Notes: generated by a model from the sequence alone, not told the origin. Counted from the first letter of the whole stretch, positions 24,903 to 37,522 are shown. The stretch: DNA of 63,983 nucleotides, filler included, from Vicugna vicugna (GCA_013265495.1; 76 parts of 75 records of this genome joined end to end with filler, not necessarily neighbours in it), one strand, 5' to 3'. Made by a program: numbers and translations.

Positions 24903-25701
24903 GCGTTCTAATAGAATAACTCAGCTTGACTTCCCTAAGTTTATTCCCAGACCTAGAAGTGAGCGATGGTGGGGAATGGGCTCTAAAGCCAAGAATGAGC
25001 GAGTTCATCTCTGTGGGCAGTGGAGGAACTGAAAGTTCTTCCCCAAACTTGGAACACCTGTGCCCCCATAAATGTGCGTGGACTCTGATTCCCCACCTCC
25101 AGCACACACACGGAGACGTGCTCAGGTATCCTGATTGTGGGGAGGCTCCTCCAAATGACAGCAGCGCCTGGGTTCTAATAGAATCCCTTAGCTTGTTTTC
25201 CATGATTGCAAGCCTAGGCTGGCGAGTGGGGGAAAATGTGGGTTGGGCTCTAAACCAAGTATAAGCGAGAGCCTATCCATGGGATGTGGGTTTTGAACCT
25301 ACAACCCACACCCATGGAATAAATGTGCCCCCTGAAAGATGCTTTGACTGTTTCCCTACATCCAGCACACACACGAAGATGTGTTCTGGTGTTCTGAGTT
25401 TGCGGAGGTTCCTCAATCTGACAGCAGCACCTGGGTACTATAAGTTTCCCTTAGCTTCTCTTCCCTGAGTGTTCCTTTAGGCCAGGCCCTGAGGGAAAGC
25501 TGGGTGTTGGGCTATTGGAGGCCACAGTGAGTGAACCCTGATCCATAGAGGAAGTACTAAGAGGACTTCTCCCGAAACGGAACACCTTTTCCTCCATTCA
25601 TCTGGGTGGAGTGGGGCTGAACATCTCTCCCACACCTAAGAATGTGTTCGGGAATTCTGATTGCAGGGAAGTTCCTCCAACTGACAGAAGCGCCTGGGTT
25701 C
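24903..25701. repeat. Satellite B
   Basis: Successive distinct monomers carry cggagacgtgctcagg, cgaagatgtgttctgg and cacacctaagaatgtg. Confidence 0.92.
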
Positions 25702-25801
25702 NNNNNNNNNNNNNNNNNNNNNNNNNNNNNNNNNNNNNNNNNNNNTTAATTAATTAANNNNNNNNNNNNNNNNNNNNNNNNNNNNNNNNNNNNNNNNNNN
25801 N

Positions 25802-26457
25802 CCCTGGCAGAGAGACATTAGGAAAACCCTCAGGGGAAACGAGCTTGTGCTTTCCGTTTGAACCCACACGCTGTCGACCGTTTGTGGAACCTCCCCACGC
25901 TCAGGATTCCGGAAACATTGTCAGTGCGTGGGGGAGCTCGAGAGACAACTCCACGCAGCTCTCTTCAGTCACAGGTGTTCCCTTTTCGGGGAAGTCCGAG
26001 AAATACCTTCCCTGACTTTGGGGAGGCAGCCTCTTTCACTGGGATATCCTGCAAACCCCCCTAGCATTCCCTGGCACAGAGAAATTTGGAAAACCCTCAG
26101 GGGAGATGAGCTTGTGCTTTCCGTTTGAACCCACACGCTGTCGAACGTTGGTGGAACCTCTCCACGCTCAGGATCCTGGAAACATTATCAGTGCGTGGGG
26201 GAACTCGAGAGACAACTCCACGCAGCTCTCTTCAGTCACAGGTGTTCCCTGTACGGGGAAGTCAGAGAAATAACTTCCCTTATCTTGGGGGGGCAGCCTG
26301 TGTCACTGGGATATCCTGCAAAACCCCCTAGCATTCCCTGGCGCAGAGACATTAGGAAAACCCTCAGGGGAGATGAGCATAGGCTTTCTGTTATGTTAGA
26401 ACCTCTGCCGAAAGTTGGTGGAACCACCCCACGCTCAGGATTCCGGAACCATTGTCA
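25802..26457. repeat. Satellite A (~2.5 monomers)
   Basis: The same motif ttgaacccacacgctgtc occurs at 25858 and 26125, giving a 267-bp period. Confidence 0.96.
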
Positions 26458-26557
26458 NNNNNNNNNNNNNNNNNNNNNNNNNNNNNNNNNNNNNNNNNNN
26501 NTTAATTAATTAANNNNNNNNNNNNNNNNNNNNNNNNNNNNNNNNNNNNNNNNNNNN

Positions 26558-27134
26558 GAAATCAGAGGCGTGCATTTATATTCGTAAATATTGTTTCATA
26601 AGGGCATATCGTGACGTAACCCAAAAGCCGATTTGGAAGAAAATGGGTTCCTAGTCCTTTATATAGATTTGCAAGTCTTCCAACAGTATGAATAAATGCC
26701 ATATTCTACCCTACGTGGAGAAGAAATGTAAGAAGCCTTTAACAAAGACAAGTAGCTCTGCAATAGTGTACTAAGGGCAAAAGAGACAGACAGTAAAGTG
26801 CACATTGGGGTTGGTTTCATTTCTTGGAATTTCAGCCCCCATGAAACAAATGGATCCATGTCCTGAGAGTTCGGGTGTTTCAGCAGAAATCAGGCGACGC
26901 ATATGTATTCCGGGTGTACGGATATTATAGGAACATAAGTCTCCTTTAGTGGGTCTCATGCTGTGAACTGTTAAAAAATTTAAAGACGTGTAAACCATCA
27001 ACTGAAAATGGACACACTTCCTTCCTTTGGTTCTGTGCATACAGATCTGAACCAAAGTAATGAGGGAAGAAGAAAGGCCCATGGGTCGTTAGTGGGTAGA
27101 ATCACATTTACCTTAGGAACCTCTGGTCGGATGC
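26558..27134 (+). repeat. Non-L1 downstream portion of the L1-ORF1-containing multi-copy unit
   Basis: 26558-26645 matches 42858-42945 without gaps (about 11 mismatches in 88 nt, hand count). Confidence 0.75.
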
Positions 27135-27234
27135 NNNNNNNNNNNNNNNNNNNNNNNNNNNNNNNNNNNNNNNNNNNNTTAATTAATTAANNNNNNNNNN
27201 NNNNNNNNNNNNNNNNNNNNNNNNNNNNNNNNNN

Positions 27235-28043
27235 ACTGAATATAGAATTTAGAATATAGAATGCAGAACCCAGAATTTATAATAATGTATACAGAAATCT
27301 CAATATAGTATTTAGAATATAGAATGTAGAACACAGAATATAGAATATAGAATATAGATTATAGAACCCAGAATTTAGAACATGGAATGCATAACAAAGA
27401 ATAGAATATAGCATACAGAATACTGAGTATAGAATTTAGAATATAGAATGTAGAACACAAAATATACAATATAGTATACGGAATGCAAAATATAGTATGT
27501 AGAATCTAGAATGAAAAACACACAATTTAGAATATAGAATAGAGAATATACGACACAGNNNNNNNNNNNNNNNNNNNNNNNNNNNNNNNNNNNNNNNNNN
27601 NNNNNNNNNNNNNNNNNNNNNNNNNNNNNNNNNNNNNNNNNNNNNNNNNNNNNNNNNNNNNNNNNNNNNNNNNNNNNNNNNNNNNNNNNNNNNNNNNNNN
27701 NNNNNNNNNNNNNNNNNNNNNNNNNNNNNNNNNNNNNNNNNNNNNNNNNNNNNNNNNNNNNNNNNNNNNNNNNNNNNNNNNNNNNNNNNNNNNNNNNNNN
27801 NNNNNNNNNNNNNNNNNNNNNNNNNNNNNNNNNNNNNNNNNNNNNNNNNNNNNNNNNNNNNNNNNNNNNNNNNNNNNNNNNNNNNNNNNNNNNNNNNNNN
27901 NNNNNNNNNNNNNNNNNNNNNNNNNNNNNNNNNNNNNNNNNNNNNNNNNNNNNNNNNNNNNNNNNNNNNNNNNNNNNNNNTAGAATATAGAATACTGTCT
28001 ACTGAATATAGAATTTAGAACATAGAATGCAGAACACAGAATT
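27235..28043. repeat. Satellite E (purine strand)
   Basis: atagaat ttagaat atagaat gcagaac ccagaat ... Confidence 0.92.
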
Positions 28044-29083
28044 NNNNNNNNNNNNNNNNNNNNNNNNNNNNNNNNNNNNNNNNNNNNTTAATTAATTAAN
28101 NNNNNNNNNNNNNNNNNNNNNNNNNNNNNNNNNNNNNNNNNNNCTGTGCAAATTTATTGGAAGCCAAAGAAATTGCTCCAGAAACAGTATCCCGATCCCA
28201 GCAAGAACACTGAAAACAGACCAGTGCCAGGATCTGAGTACTAAAACACACAGACCCAAACTCCACCCCCCTCCCTGGTGGGTGTACTTACAATGGGGGT
28301 GTCGCCACGCAATTTGTCAGCATCCAACATATAAAAATGAAAGGGACACCAGTTTTCAACATCACAGTCCCTCTGAAACAACTGGTAGTCNNNNNNNNNN
28401 NNNNNNNNNNNNNNNNNNNNNNNNNNNNNNNNNNNNNNNNNNNNNNNNNNNNNNNNNNNNNNNNNNNNNNNNNNNNNNNNNNNNNNNNNNNNNNNNNNNN
28501 NNNNNNNNNNNNNNNNNNNNNNNNNNNNNNNNNNNNNNNNNNNNNNNNNNNNNNNNNNNNNNNNNNNNNNNNNNNNNNNNNNNNNNNNNNNNNNNNNNNN
28601 NNNNNNNNNNNNNNNNNNNNNNNNNNNNNNNNNNNNNNNNNNNNNNNNNNNNNNNNNNNNNNNNNNNNNNNNNNNNNNNNNNNNNNNNNNNNNNNNNNNN
28701 NNNNNNNNNNNNNNNNNNNNNNNNNNNNNNNNNNNNNNNNNNNNNNNNNNNNNGCTGTCCAGTGAGGCAGGATCATTATTATAACTGTGTGTTTGGTTTA
28801 GCAAGTGGATCATGTCTGTTTTCTGGAAATTACTTGAGGGCGGAAAACCTTCCAAACATGTTCATTTATTTGCTGTGGAATCTGTTTTATCTTCTTAAGA
28901 GCATTTACAATGACAACCTTTTTAAATACAATGACAATCTTCTTAAATAAGCATCTTTGCCCGAGAGACCTTTCCAGGCACATNNNNNNNNNNNNNNNNN
29001 NNNNNNNNNNNNNNNNNNNNNNNNNNNTTAATTAATTAANNNNNNNNNNNNNNNNNNNNNNNNNNNNNNNNNNNNNNNNNNNN

Positions 29084-30039
29084 AAGCTCCAACTCGGTTT
29101 TACAGTGCAAACCGCAGGAAATTCCAACAGGCACTAGGAATCAGACTGAGAAACCAGAGAAATTGTTTCTCTTCCTACCCGTTCCCTTTGTGCTGGATGA
29201 ACGAACGTCTATACACATAACTTACGGCTCCCCACATGCTCAATTCTCAGAGAAAAGTGTGTGTGAAAGCCGTCCTTCACCTAGCTTCAAGGGAACACAA
29301 AGTTTCTTGTCACTTGCAAAGTCCACACCATACATATATATGGGGAGGAACTAACTTCAACTCGGATTTACAGTGCAAACCGCAGGAACTTCCAACCGGC
29401 ACTAGGAGACAAACTGAAAAACCAGAGTATGTATTTCACTTGCAACACGATCCCTTTGTGCTGGATGAACGAACGTCTCTCCACATGCACATTTCTGAGA
29501 GACAAGTGTGTGTGAAAGCCGTCCTTCAACTAACTTGAATGGAAAACAAATTTCTTTTCAGTTGCAAACTCCACACCATATATTTATATGGGGAGGTACA
29601 AGCTCCAACTTGGTTTTACAGTGTAAATCGCAGGAAGTTGAAACCGGCACTAGGAAATTGTTTGAGAAACCAGAGTAAGTGATTCTACTTCAAACCGTTC
29701 CCTTTGTGTTGGATGAACGAACGTCTCCCCACATGCTCAGTTCTCAGAGATAAGTGGTGTGAAAGCCGTTCTTCAACTAGCTTGAAAAGCACACAAAGTT
29801 TCTTGTCACTTGCATACTCAACTCCATACATATATAAGGGGAGGAACAAGCTCCAACACGGGTTTACATTGCAAACCGCAGGAACTTCAAACCGGCACTA
29901 GGAAACAAACTAAGTAACCAGAGAAAGTGTTTCTCCTGCAACCTGTTCCCTTTGTGCTGGATGAATGTAAGTCTCTCCACACACTAAGTAACCAGAGAAA
30001 GTGTTTCTCCTGCAAACTGTTCCCTTTGTGCTGGATGAA
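29084..30039. repeat. Satellite D (~4 monomers)
   Basis: agctccaac landmark at 29601 and 29849 (248 bp apart). Confidence 0.94.
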
Positions 30040-30139
30040 NNNNNNNNNNNNNNNNNNNNNNNNNNNNNNNNNNNNNNNNNNNNTTAATTAATTAANNNNN
30101 NNNNNNNNNNNNNNNNNNNNNNNNNNNNNNNNNNNNNNN

Positions 30140-30928
30140 GGTCCAAGACCACAGCGTGAGAAGAGGAAGGATTTCCTTCAGTCTCTCTCTCAAATGCGGA
30201 TGCTAAATTTTGGAAGGCACCGGCATGGTTCGGCAGCGAGGACACCAAGTTCGGGCTGCGGGATCATTCCAGCAGGCCCTGATGTGTGACATCCATACAT
30301 ATGCTTCCACTGGTGTTNNNNNNNNNNNNNNNNNNNNNNNNNNNNNNNNNNNNNNNNNNNNNNNNNNNNNNNNNNNNNNNNNNNNNNNNNNNNNNNNNNN
30401 NNNNNNNNNNNNNNNNNNNNNNNNNNNNNNNNNNNNNNNNNNNNNNNNNNNNNNNNNNNNNNNNNNNNNNNNNNNNNNNNNNNNNNNNNNNNNNNNNNNN
30501 NNNNNNNNNNNNNNNNNNNNNNNNNNNNNNNNNNNNNNNNNNNNNNNNNNNNNNNNNNNNNNNNNNNNNNNNNNNNNNNNNNNNNNNNNNNNNNNNNNNN
30601 NNNNNNNNNNNNNNNNNNNNNNNNNNNNNNNNNNNNNNNNNNNNNNNNNNNNNNNNNNNNNNNNNNNNNNNNNNNNNNNNNNNNNNNNNNNNNNNNNNNN
30701 NNNNNNNNNNNNNNNNNNNNNNNNNNNNNAGAGATGAAGAAATACAGTAAAAGGAAAAGGAAGTACCATTTTCAGTTCCAAAGAGATTGAAGGCCCTAAA
30801 GATAAGCTTTCAGACAACTAGACTGCAAAACGCTCTCCAGAGCAGGTATTGAAAATGGAGGTGAGGGAAACACTGAAGAATATCAGTGTCTCAGAATCAC
30901 AAAAGGCAGCATACCAGAAAAGGGGAAG
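30140..30928 (+). mobile_element. Second copy of the decayed L1 ORF1 start (30731-30928) with a CpG-containing upstream segment
   Basis: 30731-30928 equals the reverse complement of 10892-11089, ungapped, with about 16 mismatches in 198 nt (hand count). Confidence 0.75.
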
Positions 30929-31959
30929 NNNNNNNNNNNNNNNNNNNNNNNNNNNNNNNNNNNNNNNNNNNNTTAATTAATTAANNNNNNNNNNNNNNNN
31001 NNNNNNNNNNNNNNNNNNNNNNNNNNNNTTGATATCAATGTATTTATGTACACATTAACCACTGTAAACTCTCATCTCCCATTTGCCTGCGTGTAATAAG
31101 CTGTGCTACATTATATCAGGCTTTTATCTCATTACATCTCAGGAGTTAAGAAAAAGGTTTCATGGGAGAGTGTGACCTCTTTGCAGGAGATGCTTAGCTT
31201 GTTTTTGGTTGAATGAGGAATACCTGCATCATATTAGCAGGAAGCATAGTTTTGCTGCTGTCTTTATTTGAAAGTAGTGCTGTTAAAAAAAGGTACAGAA
31301 TGATGGCCGGTTAACAAGGAGGCTACTGCAGTAGCTTTGTTCTATCTCAATGTAACTATCTGGAAATAAATTTCCCAGAATTTGCTTCCCTGTTTTGTCC
31401 TGGGTTAGAATTGGCCTTGAAAGAGACATGTGCAAGATTTAGAAGATACTTGTCATGAAGCAGCCATATTTTACATGTCTTGCTGGCTGGGGCAGGGCCC
31501 CAGGCACTGTGGTAGCTCACACGTGTTGCTGCTGGTGGGTTAGCCCAGCTTGTTGACTCACAACTAACCTCTCACCACATCTCCTCCTCTTCTTCTTTGT
31601 CTTGGGCCAAATGTGCGTGTAGCATGATGGCAAATGACATCCATTACTCCTGAAGGACACCCACTATTGTGAGACAGAAGGAGGTGAGAGACAGCTTTAG
31701 TGTTCCTCTTGTCTTCACTGGTCCTAGTGCGTCCTTACAAGTTTCATCTTGTCCATGCATTTGTGCACATCCAACTTTCCTTCACAAATGTCACGCTAGT
31801 TACCTTACAGTGAATTCAGGCTCAACACCAGANNNNNNNNNNNNNNNNNNNNNNNNNNNNNNNNNNNNNNNNNNNNTTAATTAATTAANNNNNNNNNNNN
31901 NNNNNNNNNNNNNNNNNNNNNNNNNNNNNNNNCCCACATACCTGCCATGCACCAAGAGC

Positions 31960-32115
31960 TTCATGTTACTTATAAAACTTACAATAATGCTATAAGCTCC
32001 GTGCTATTTCCCCCATTCTACAAATATTGCAGCTGAGGCTTACAAAGGTTAAATACTTGTGCAAAGAAGTTCTAATTACTGGTAAGTGACAGAGCTGAGG
32101 GTTTGAATTTGTCTA
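31960..32115 (-). mobile_element. MIR SINE remnant
   Basis: ccccattctacaaatattgcagctgaggcttacaaaggttaaatacttg...ggtaagtgacagagctgagggtttgaa resembles the antisense MIR core. Confidence 0.8.
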
Positions 32116-32162
32116 CCTCCACAGAGAGGATGCCAGCCCCTCCTATTGGAGAAGTGTAACTA

Positions 32163-32430
32163 CAGCAGCCTCCACTTATCTGTGGCTTNNNNNNNNNNNN
32201 NNNNNNNNNNNNNNNNNNNNNNNNNNNNNNNNNNNAACAATTCATAAGTTTAGTATTGTGGCCTTCTGAGTAGCATGGTGAAATCTTGGTCAGCCTGTGC
32301 CTTCAGCTCCATCTCACCCTAGATGTGAATTATCCGTTTTCCAGCATATCCTCGTTGTATACTCGAACCTTCTCTTAGTGTAAGAGGGAAAAAGAAAAAA
32401 CAGTATATATGTAGGATTTGATAGTATTCA
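32163..32430 (+). mobile_element. Tigger-derived MER44-like DNA transposon remnant
   Basis: TA followed by cagcagcctccacttatctgtgg (Tigger-type terminal repeat). Internal aacaattcataagttt...ttctgagtagcatggtgaaatct...gatgtgaattatcc...ccagcatatcc matches recalled MER44. Confidence 0.8.
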
Positions 32431-32530
32431 NNNNNNNNNNNNNNNNNNNNNNNNNNNNNNNNNNNNNNNNNNNNTTAATTAATTAANNNNNNNNNNNNNN
32501 NNNNNNNNNNNNNNNNNNNNNNNNNNNNNN

Positions 32531-33428
32531 CGCAAATACTTGGTTTCGGAGCCCAAACCACACTTTGCCCCGCACCCCCGCCTAGGCTATCCATCAGGGA
32601 AGACAAGCAAAGTATTCAATTAGAACCCAGGCGATGCTGTCCTTTGGAGGAACTTCCCTGCACTGAGAATTCCAGAACACATTCTTAGGTGTGGGAATGA
32701 TGTGCAGCCCCACTCCACAGAGATGAATGAAGGAAAAGGTGTTCCGTTTCGGGAGAAGTACTCTAAGTAATTCCTCAGTGAATCAGGGTGCACTCACTGC
32801 TACTTGGCCTCCAAGCCCAACCCCCAGCTTTCCCTCATGGACTGGCCTAAAGTAACACTCAGGGAACAGAAACTAAGGGATACTAATAGAACCCAGGTGC
32901 TGCTGTCAGTTTGAGGAACCTNNNNNNNNNNNNNNNNNNNNNNNNNNNNNNNNNNNNNNNNNNNNNNNNNNNNNNNNNNNNNNNNNNNNNNNNNNNNNNN
33001 NNNNNNNNNNNNNNNNNNNNNNNNNNNNNNNNNNNNNNNNNNNNNNNNNNNNNNNNNNNNNNNNNNNNNNNNNNNNNNNNNNNNNNNNNNNNNNNNNNNN
33101 NNNNNNNNNNNNNNNNNNNNNNAGGGAAGGCAAGCTATGGGATTCTATTAGATCCCAGGCGCTGCTGTCATTTGGAGGAGCCTCCCCAAAATCAGGATAC
33201 CTGAGCACGTCTCCGTGTGTGTGCTGGTGGTGGGGAAAATGATTCCACGCATCTTTATGAGGCACAGATGTACCAAGGTTGGTGATGTAGTTAAACACTT
33301 TCACTGCTCTTAGAGAGGCAATCGCTATTACTTTGGTATAGTGTCCAACCACACCTTCGCTCACAGCCCGGCCTAAGGAAACCCTCAGGGAATTCAAGCC
33401 AAGTGATCCTATTAGATCTCAACTGCTG
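32531..33428. repeat. Satellite B, opposite orientation
   Basis: cctgagcacgtctccgtgtgtgtgctgg and ttcttaggtgtggga are reverse complements of B monomer tags. Confidence 0.92.
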
Positions 33429-33528
33429 NNNNNNNNNNNNNNNNNNNNNNNNNNNNNNNNNNNNNNNNNNNNTTAATTAATTAANNNNNNNNNNNNNNNN
33501 NNNNNNNNNNNNNNNNNNNNNNNNNNNN

Positions 33529-34387
33529 TGGTACACTACACATATATATGTGATTCTGTTTCTGTTTTTTTTAATTATTTCTCTTATATATTTAGCTTCC
33601 TCATGTAAGTGGTAACAGAGTGTTTTTCTTATTTTCCTATGTGTAACACTCTCTGGGTCCAGTCATATTGTTTCAAATGGTAGAATTTTATTTTTTGATA
33701 TGAGAATGACTACGTATTTATTATGTTATCTATATCTCACATCAACTCAGCCAATCATCTGTTGATGGGCAGTTGAGTCGTGCTTCTATACTTGGCTATT
33801 ATAAATGTTGTTGTTAAGAACGTTGTGGGTAATATATCCTTTTAAGTTAATGTTTTCATTTTTTTTCAGATTTATAACAAAAACTGGAATTGCTGCAACT
33901 TATAATGCTTGTATTTCTAGTTTTCTCAGCACTGTCCCCACTTTTATAATAGTGGATGCATCAATTTATATTTCTACCAACAGTCTACTTGGGTTCCCTT
34001 TTATCGACATTCTTATTAATGTTTGTCATTTGAAGAATTTTTTTAATAGCCATTTTGGTTGCTGTGAGATTATATTTCATTCTGGTTTTGATTTATGATT
34101 TCCTAATGAATAGCAACGTTATGTTTCTTTGTGCATGAAAATCATCCACATGTCTGTTTTTGAAAAGTTTCCATGAAGATCCTTCAACTGTTTATAAGTT
34201 GGTGTCTTTGTTTTTTAAATATTGAGTCTAATATGCTATATATACATTATGGATATTAACACCTTGTTGGATTCATAGTCTGAACCTCTTCCTTCTATTC
34301 TGTGTGTTGTCATAAGTCTTGCTGAAGGTTTCCTATGCTCTTCAAAAGGTTTTCATTTCACACTTATACAAGAAGTGGGATCACTGT
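33529..34387 (-). mobile_element. Old LINE-1 3' region remnant
   Basis: tcatctgttgatgggcagttgag, cttggctattataaat, ggaattgctg, ggttttgatttatgatttcctaatga. Confidence 0.82.
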
Positions 34388-34534
34388 NNNNNNNNNNNNN
34401 NNNNNNNNNNNNNNNNNNNNNNNNNNNNNNNTTAATTAATTAANNNNNNNNNNNNNNNNNNNNNNNNNNNNNNNNNNNNNNNNNNNNCTAACCGGCTGTG
34501 GTCACCTGTAAATAGGGTTGAAGTCACTTTGATC

Positions 34535-34765
34535 CTCGGCTTGGGAACACCGTGGCCACAGGTTTGCGGGTCACTGCAGCTCCTACGAGAATGACGGGGC
34601 CAGCCTGCTGCTGAAGCCGCTCCCCAGGCCGCAGCCCGGAGCGCTGCAGGCAGGTCTGAGGTCCGGCCGGGGGCGCCCAGCTCCACAGCCCCTCGGTGGC
34701 CTGCGGTGCGGGTGGCGCTGGGACCGCACTCGGCCATAGCCCTCCCTGGCACCCAGACTCGGGAG
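34535..34765. promoter_or_regulatory. Short CpG-island-like GC-rich segment
   Basis: Dense CpGs (gccgcagcccggagcgctgc, gtccggccgggggcgccc, gcggtgcgggtggcgc) in otherwise CpG-poor unique sequence. No gene could be identified. Confidence 0.4.
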
Positions 34766-35671
34766 TCTCCTGGGGGAATTTTTCCCTGCCTCATACTTCC
34801 TGTCTCAGCCTCTTGTGGAATCCGGTCCATGCCCCAGGGAAGCAGGGCTTTTACCCCCTGGACCCAAATCCATCACGGTGTGGATCCAGGATGAAACTTC
34901 CATGTTAACGCACCTGGCGCTCCCTTCTTGTGCTGAACTGCCCTCCCCTGTCGGTGGCATTAGGTCATAATAGAAGTCCCGACTTGCTTGTCCTTAGCTA
35001 AGACTCTGAGCCTCTTGCTCATTCTTCCTGAGTGGAACCACTCATCTGTGGCAGAAAAGCTTGGGCTGTCGTCTACCCATCATTGTCCTCGGTCCTTTAG
35101 GTTTTCTGTTGGTTTATGGTTCTCGTGCAGGGTTATCAATCTGCACATGAGAAGAACACACAGACACTGGATCCTCCCCCCTCTCCAGCCAAAGCTGGAA
35201 GCTTTCTCCCTCTTGCAGGGGTTGCACAATCATTTGCTTGGGAAGTGACCCCACATCTTGGCATAATCACAGTAAATTCCCCTTTACTCAGTGCTTGCCA
35301 CGNNNNNNNNNNNNNNNNNNNNNNNNNNNNNNNNNNNNNNNNNNNNTTAATTAATTAANNNNNNNNNNNNNNNNNNNNNNNNNNNNNNNNNNNNNNNNNN
35401 NNATTCTAATTATTCATTGCTTGGCTTGGAAATACAATTTTTTTTTTCATTTTCACCTTGTAACCCACAATCTTACCAAACTCATGGCATTTTTTTTTAA
35501 TGTAAAATGTTATGTTCTTAATCAAGAGAGAGAGTTTTATTTCTCCCTTTCATATCTATATTTCTTTTGTCTATTGGCTTTGGNNNNNNNNNNNNNNNNN
35601 NNNNNNNNNNNNNNNNNNNNNNNNNNNNNNNNNNNNNNNNNNNNNNNNNNNNNNNNNNNNNNNNNNNNNNN

Positions 35672-36040
35672 GCCTTTTATCGGTTAAGGAATCTATTCCT
35701 AGTTTGGTAAGAATTTTAACTGAATCGAAATTGAATTTCATGAGATCATCTTGACACTTTTCTTCAATTTGTAATAAAGCAAATTATATAAATGCTAAGT
35801 GTCCCAAATATTTTCAGATTAAATCATAATTTTTAATGTATTGATGAACTTAAATTGCTAGTGCTTTCTTGAGGACTTTTTCACATTTCTGCTCATGAGG
35901 AATGATGATTCATAGCTTTCTTGTGAGAAATAACAAGGAATCATGGTAACACTGGTCTCACGAAGTGAGTTGGAAAGTGTTATTTCTTCCTCTAATGATG
36001 AGATTTTGTAGAATTGGTATTTATTTTTCGCATTAAATGG
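35672..36040 (-). mobile_element. Very old L1M ORF2 remnant
   Basis: ctattcctagtttggtaagaatttt, ttgaggactttt, tgagttggaaagtgttatttcttcctcta. Confidence 0.65.
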
Positions 36041-36043
36041 TTA

Positions 36044-36245
36044 TGTATTAGTCTTCTATGGATAGAAAACTACCACCTAATAGGTAGCTTGACCAACTGA
36101 AATTTATCCTTTCACAGTTCTGGAGGCCAGCAATTCAAGACAATTCAAGATCAAGTTGCCGGCAGGGTTGGGTTCCTCTTAGGGGTCTCTGCTTGGCTTA
36201 CAAAAGGCCGCCCTGTTGCTGCCTCTTCACATGGTCATTCCTCGG
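36044..36245 (-). mobile_element. MaLR LTR (MLT1-type) fragment
   Basis: tgtattagt...gaaatttatcctttcacagttctggaggccag...caagatcaagttgccggcagggttgggttcct...cttcacatggtc. Confidence 0.88.
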
Positions 36246-36345
36246 NNNNNNNNNNNNNNNNNNNNNNNNNNNNNNNNNNNNNNNNNNNNTTAATTAATTA
36301 ANNNNNNNNNNNNNNNNNNNNNNNNNNNNNNNNNNNNNNNNNNNN

Positions 36346-37422
36346 AACTCATGAATTACAAATAAAGAAAACATGAAATTATAAAAGAAGCCATACAAAT
36401 CACTGAGAGTGGGAGGGGGAAGCAGGGAAATATAGAATAATTTTTTCTTTCTTTTTTAAATTTTTTTCACAGTAGGATGGGTTTGAGATCATGTTATTAT
36501 CAGTTTAATAAAAACAGGTATAGGTTAAAAGATTTACAAAAAAGGGTAACCACAAGTCAAAAATTTACAAGGGAGTCACAAAAATTAAATAAAATCCATG
36601 ATAATACAAAGGAAAATTACCAAACCACAAAAGGAAGAAGAAAGGAACAAAGAGGATATACCAANNNNNNNNNNNNNNNNNNNNNNNNNNNNNNNNNNNN
36701 NNNNNNNNNNNNNNNNNNNNNNNNNNNNNNNNNNNNNNNNNNNNNNNNNNNNNNNNNNNNNNNNNNNNNNNNNNNNNNNNNNNNNNNNNNNNNNNNNNNN
36801 NNNNNNNNNNNNNNNNNNNNNNNNNNNNNNNNNNNNNNNNNNNNNNNNNNNNNNNNNNNNNNNNNNNNNNNNNNNNNNNNNNNNNNNNNNNNNNNNNNNN
36901 NNNNNNNNNNNNNNNNNNNNNNNNNNNNNNNNNNNNNNNNNNNNNNNNNNNNNNNNNNNNNNNNNNNNNNNNNNNNNNNNNNNNNNNNNNNNNNNNNNNN
37001 NNNNNNNNNNNNNNNNNNNNNNNNNNNNNNNNNNNNNNNNNNNNNNNNNNNNNNNNNNNNNNNNNNNNNNNNNNNNNNNNNNNNNNNNNNNNNNNNNNNN
37101 NNNNNNNNNNNNNNNNNNNNNNNNNNNNNNNNNNNNNNNNNNNNNNNNNNNNNNNNNNNNNNNNNNNNNNNNNNNNNNNNNNNNNNNNNNNNNNNNNNNN
37201 NNNNNNNNNNNNNNNNNNNNNNNNNNNNNNNNNNNNNNNNNNNNNNNNNNNNNNNNNNNNNNNNNNNNNNCCCCCAAAAAATAGAATATACATTCTTTTC
37301 AAGTGCACATGGAACATTTTCCAGGATCGATCATGTACTTGGACACAAAAGAAACCTAAACAAATTTAAGAAGAGAGAATTATCTCAAGCATCTTTACTG
37401 ACCACAATGCCATGAAAGTGGA
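36346..37422 (+). mobile_element. LINE-1 inter-ORF region and ORF2 endonuclease fragment
   Basis: 37271-37370 translates to PQKIEYTFFSSAHGTFSRIDHVLGHKRNLNKFKK (L1 endonuclease motif), then frameshifts before DHNAM. Confidence 0.93.
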
Positions 37423-37522
37423 NNNNNNNNNNNNNNNNNNNNNNNNNNNNNNNNNNNNNNNNNNNNTTAATTAATTAANNNNNNNNNNNNNNNNNNNNNN
37501 NNNNNNNNNNNNNNNNNNNNNN

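Noticed and set aside
31322..31335. 14-bp perfect palindrome gctactgcagtagc
   Set aside because: It is an isolated occurrence, plausible by chance in this much sequence.
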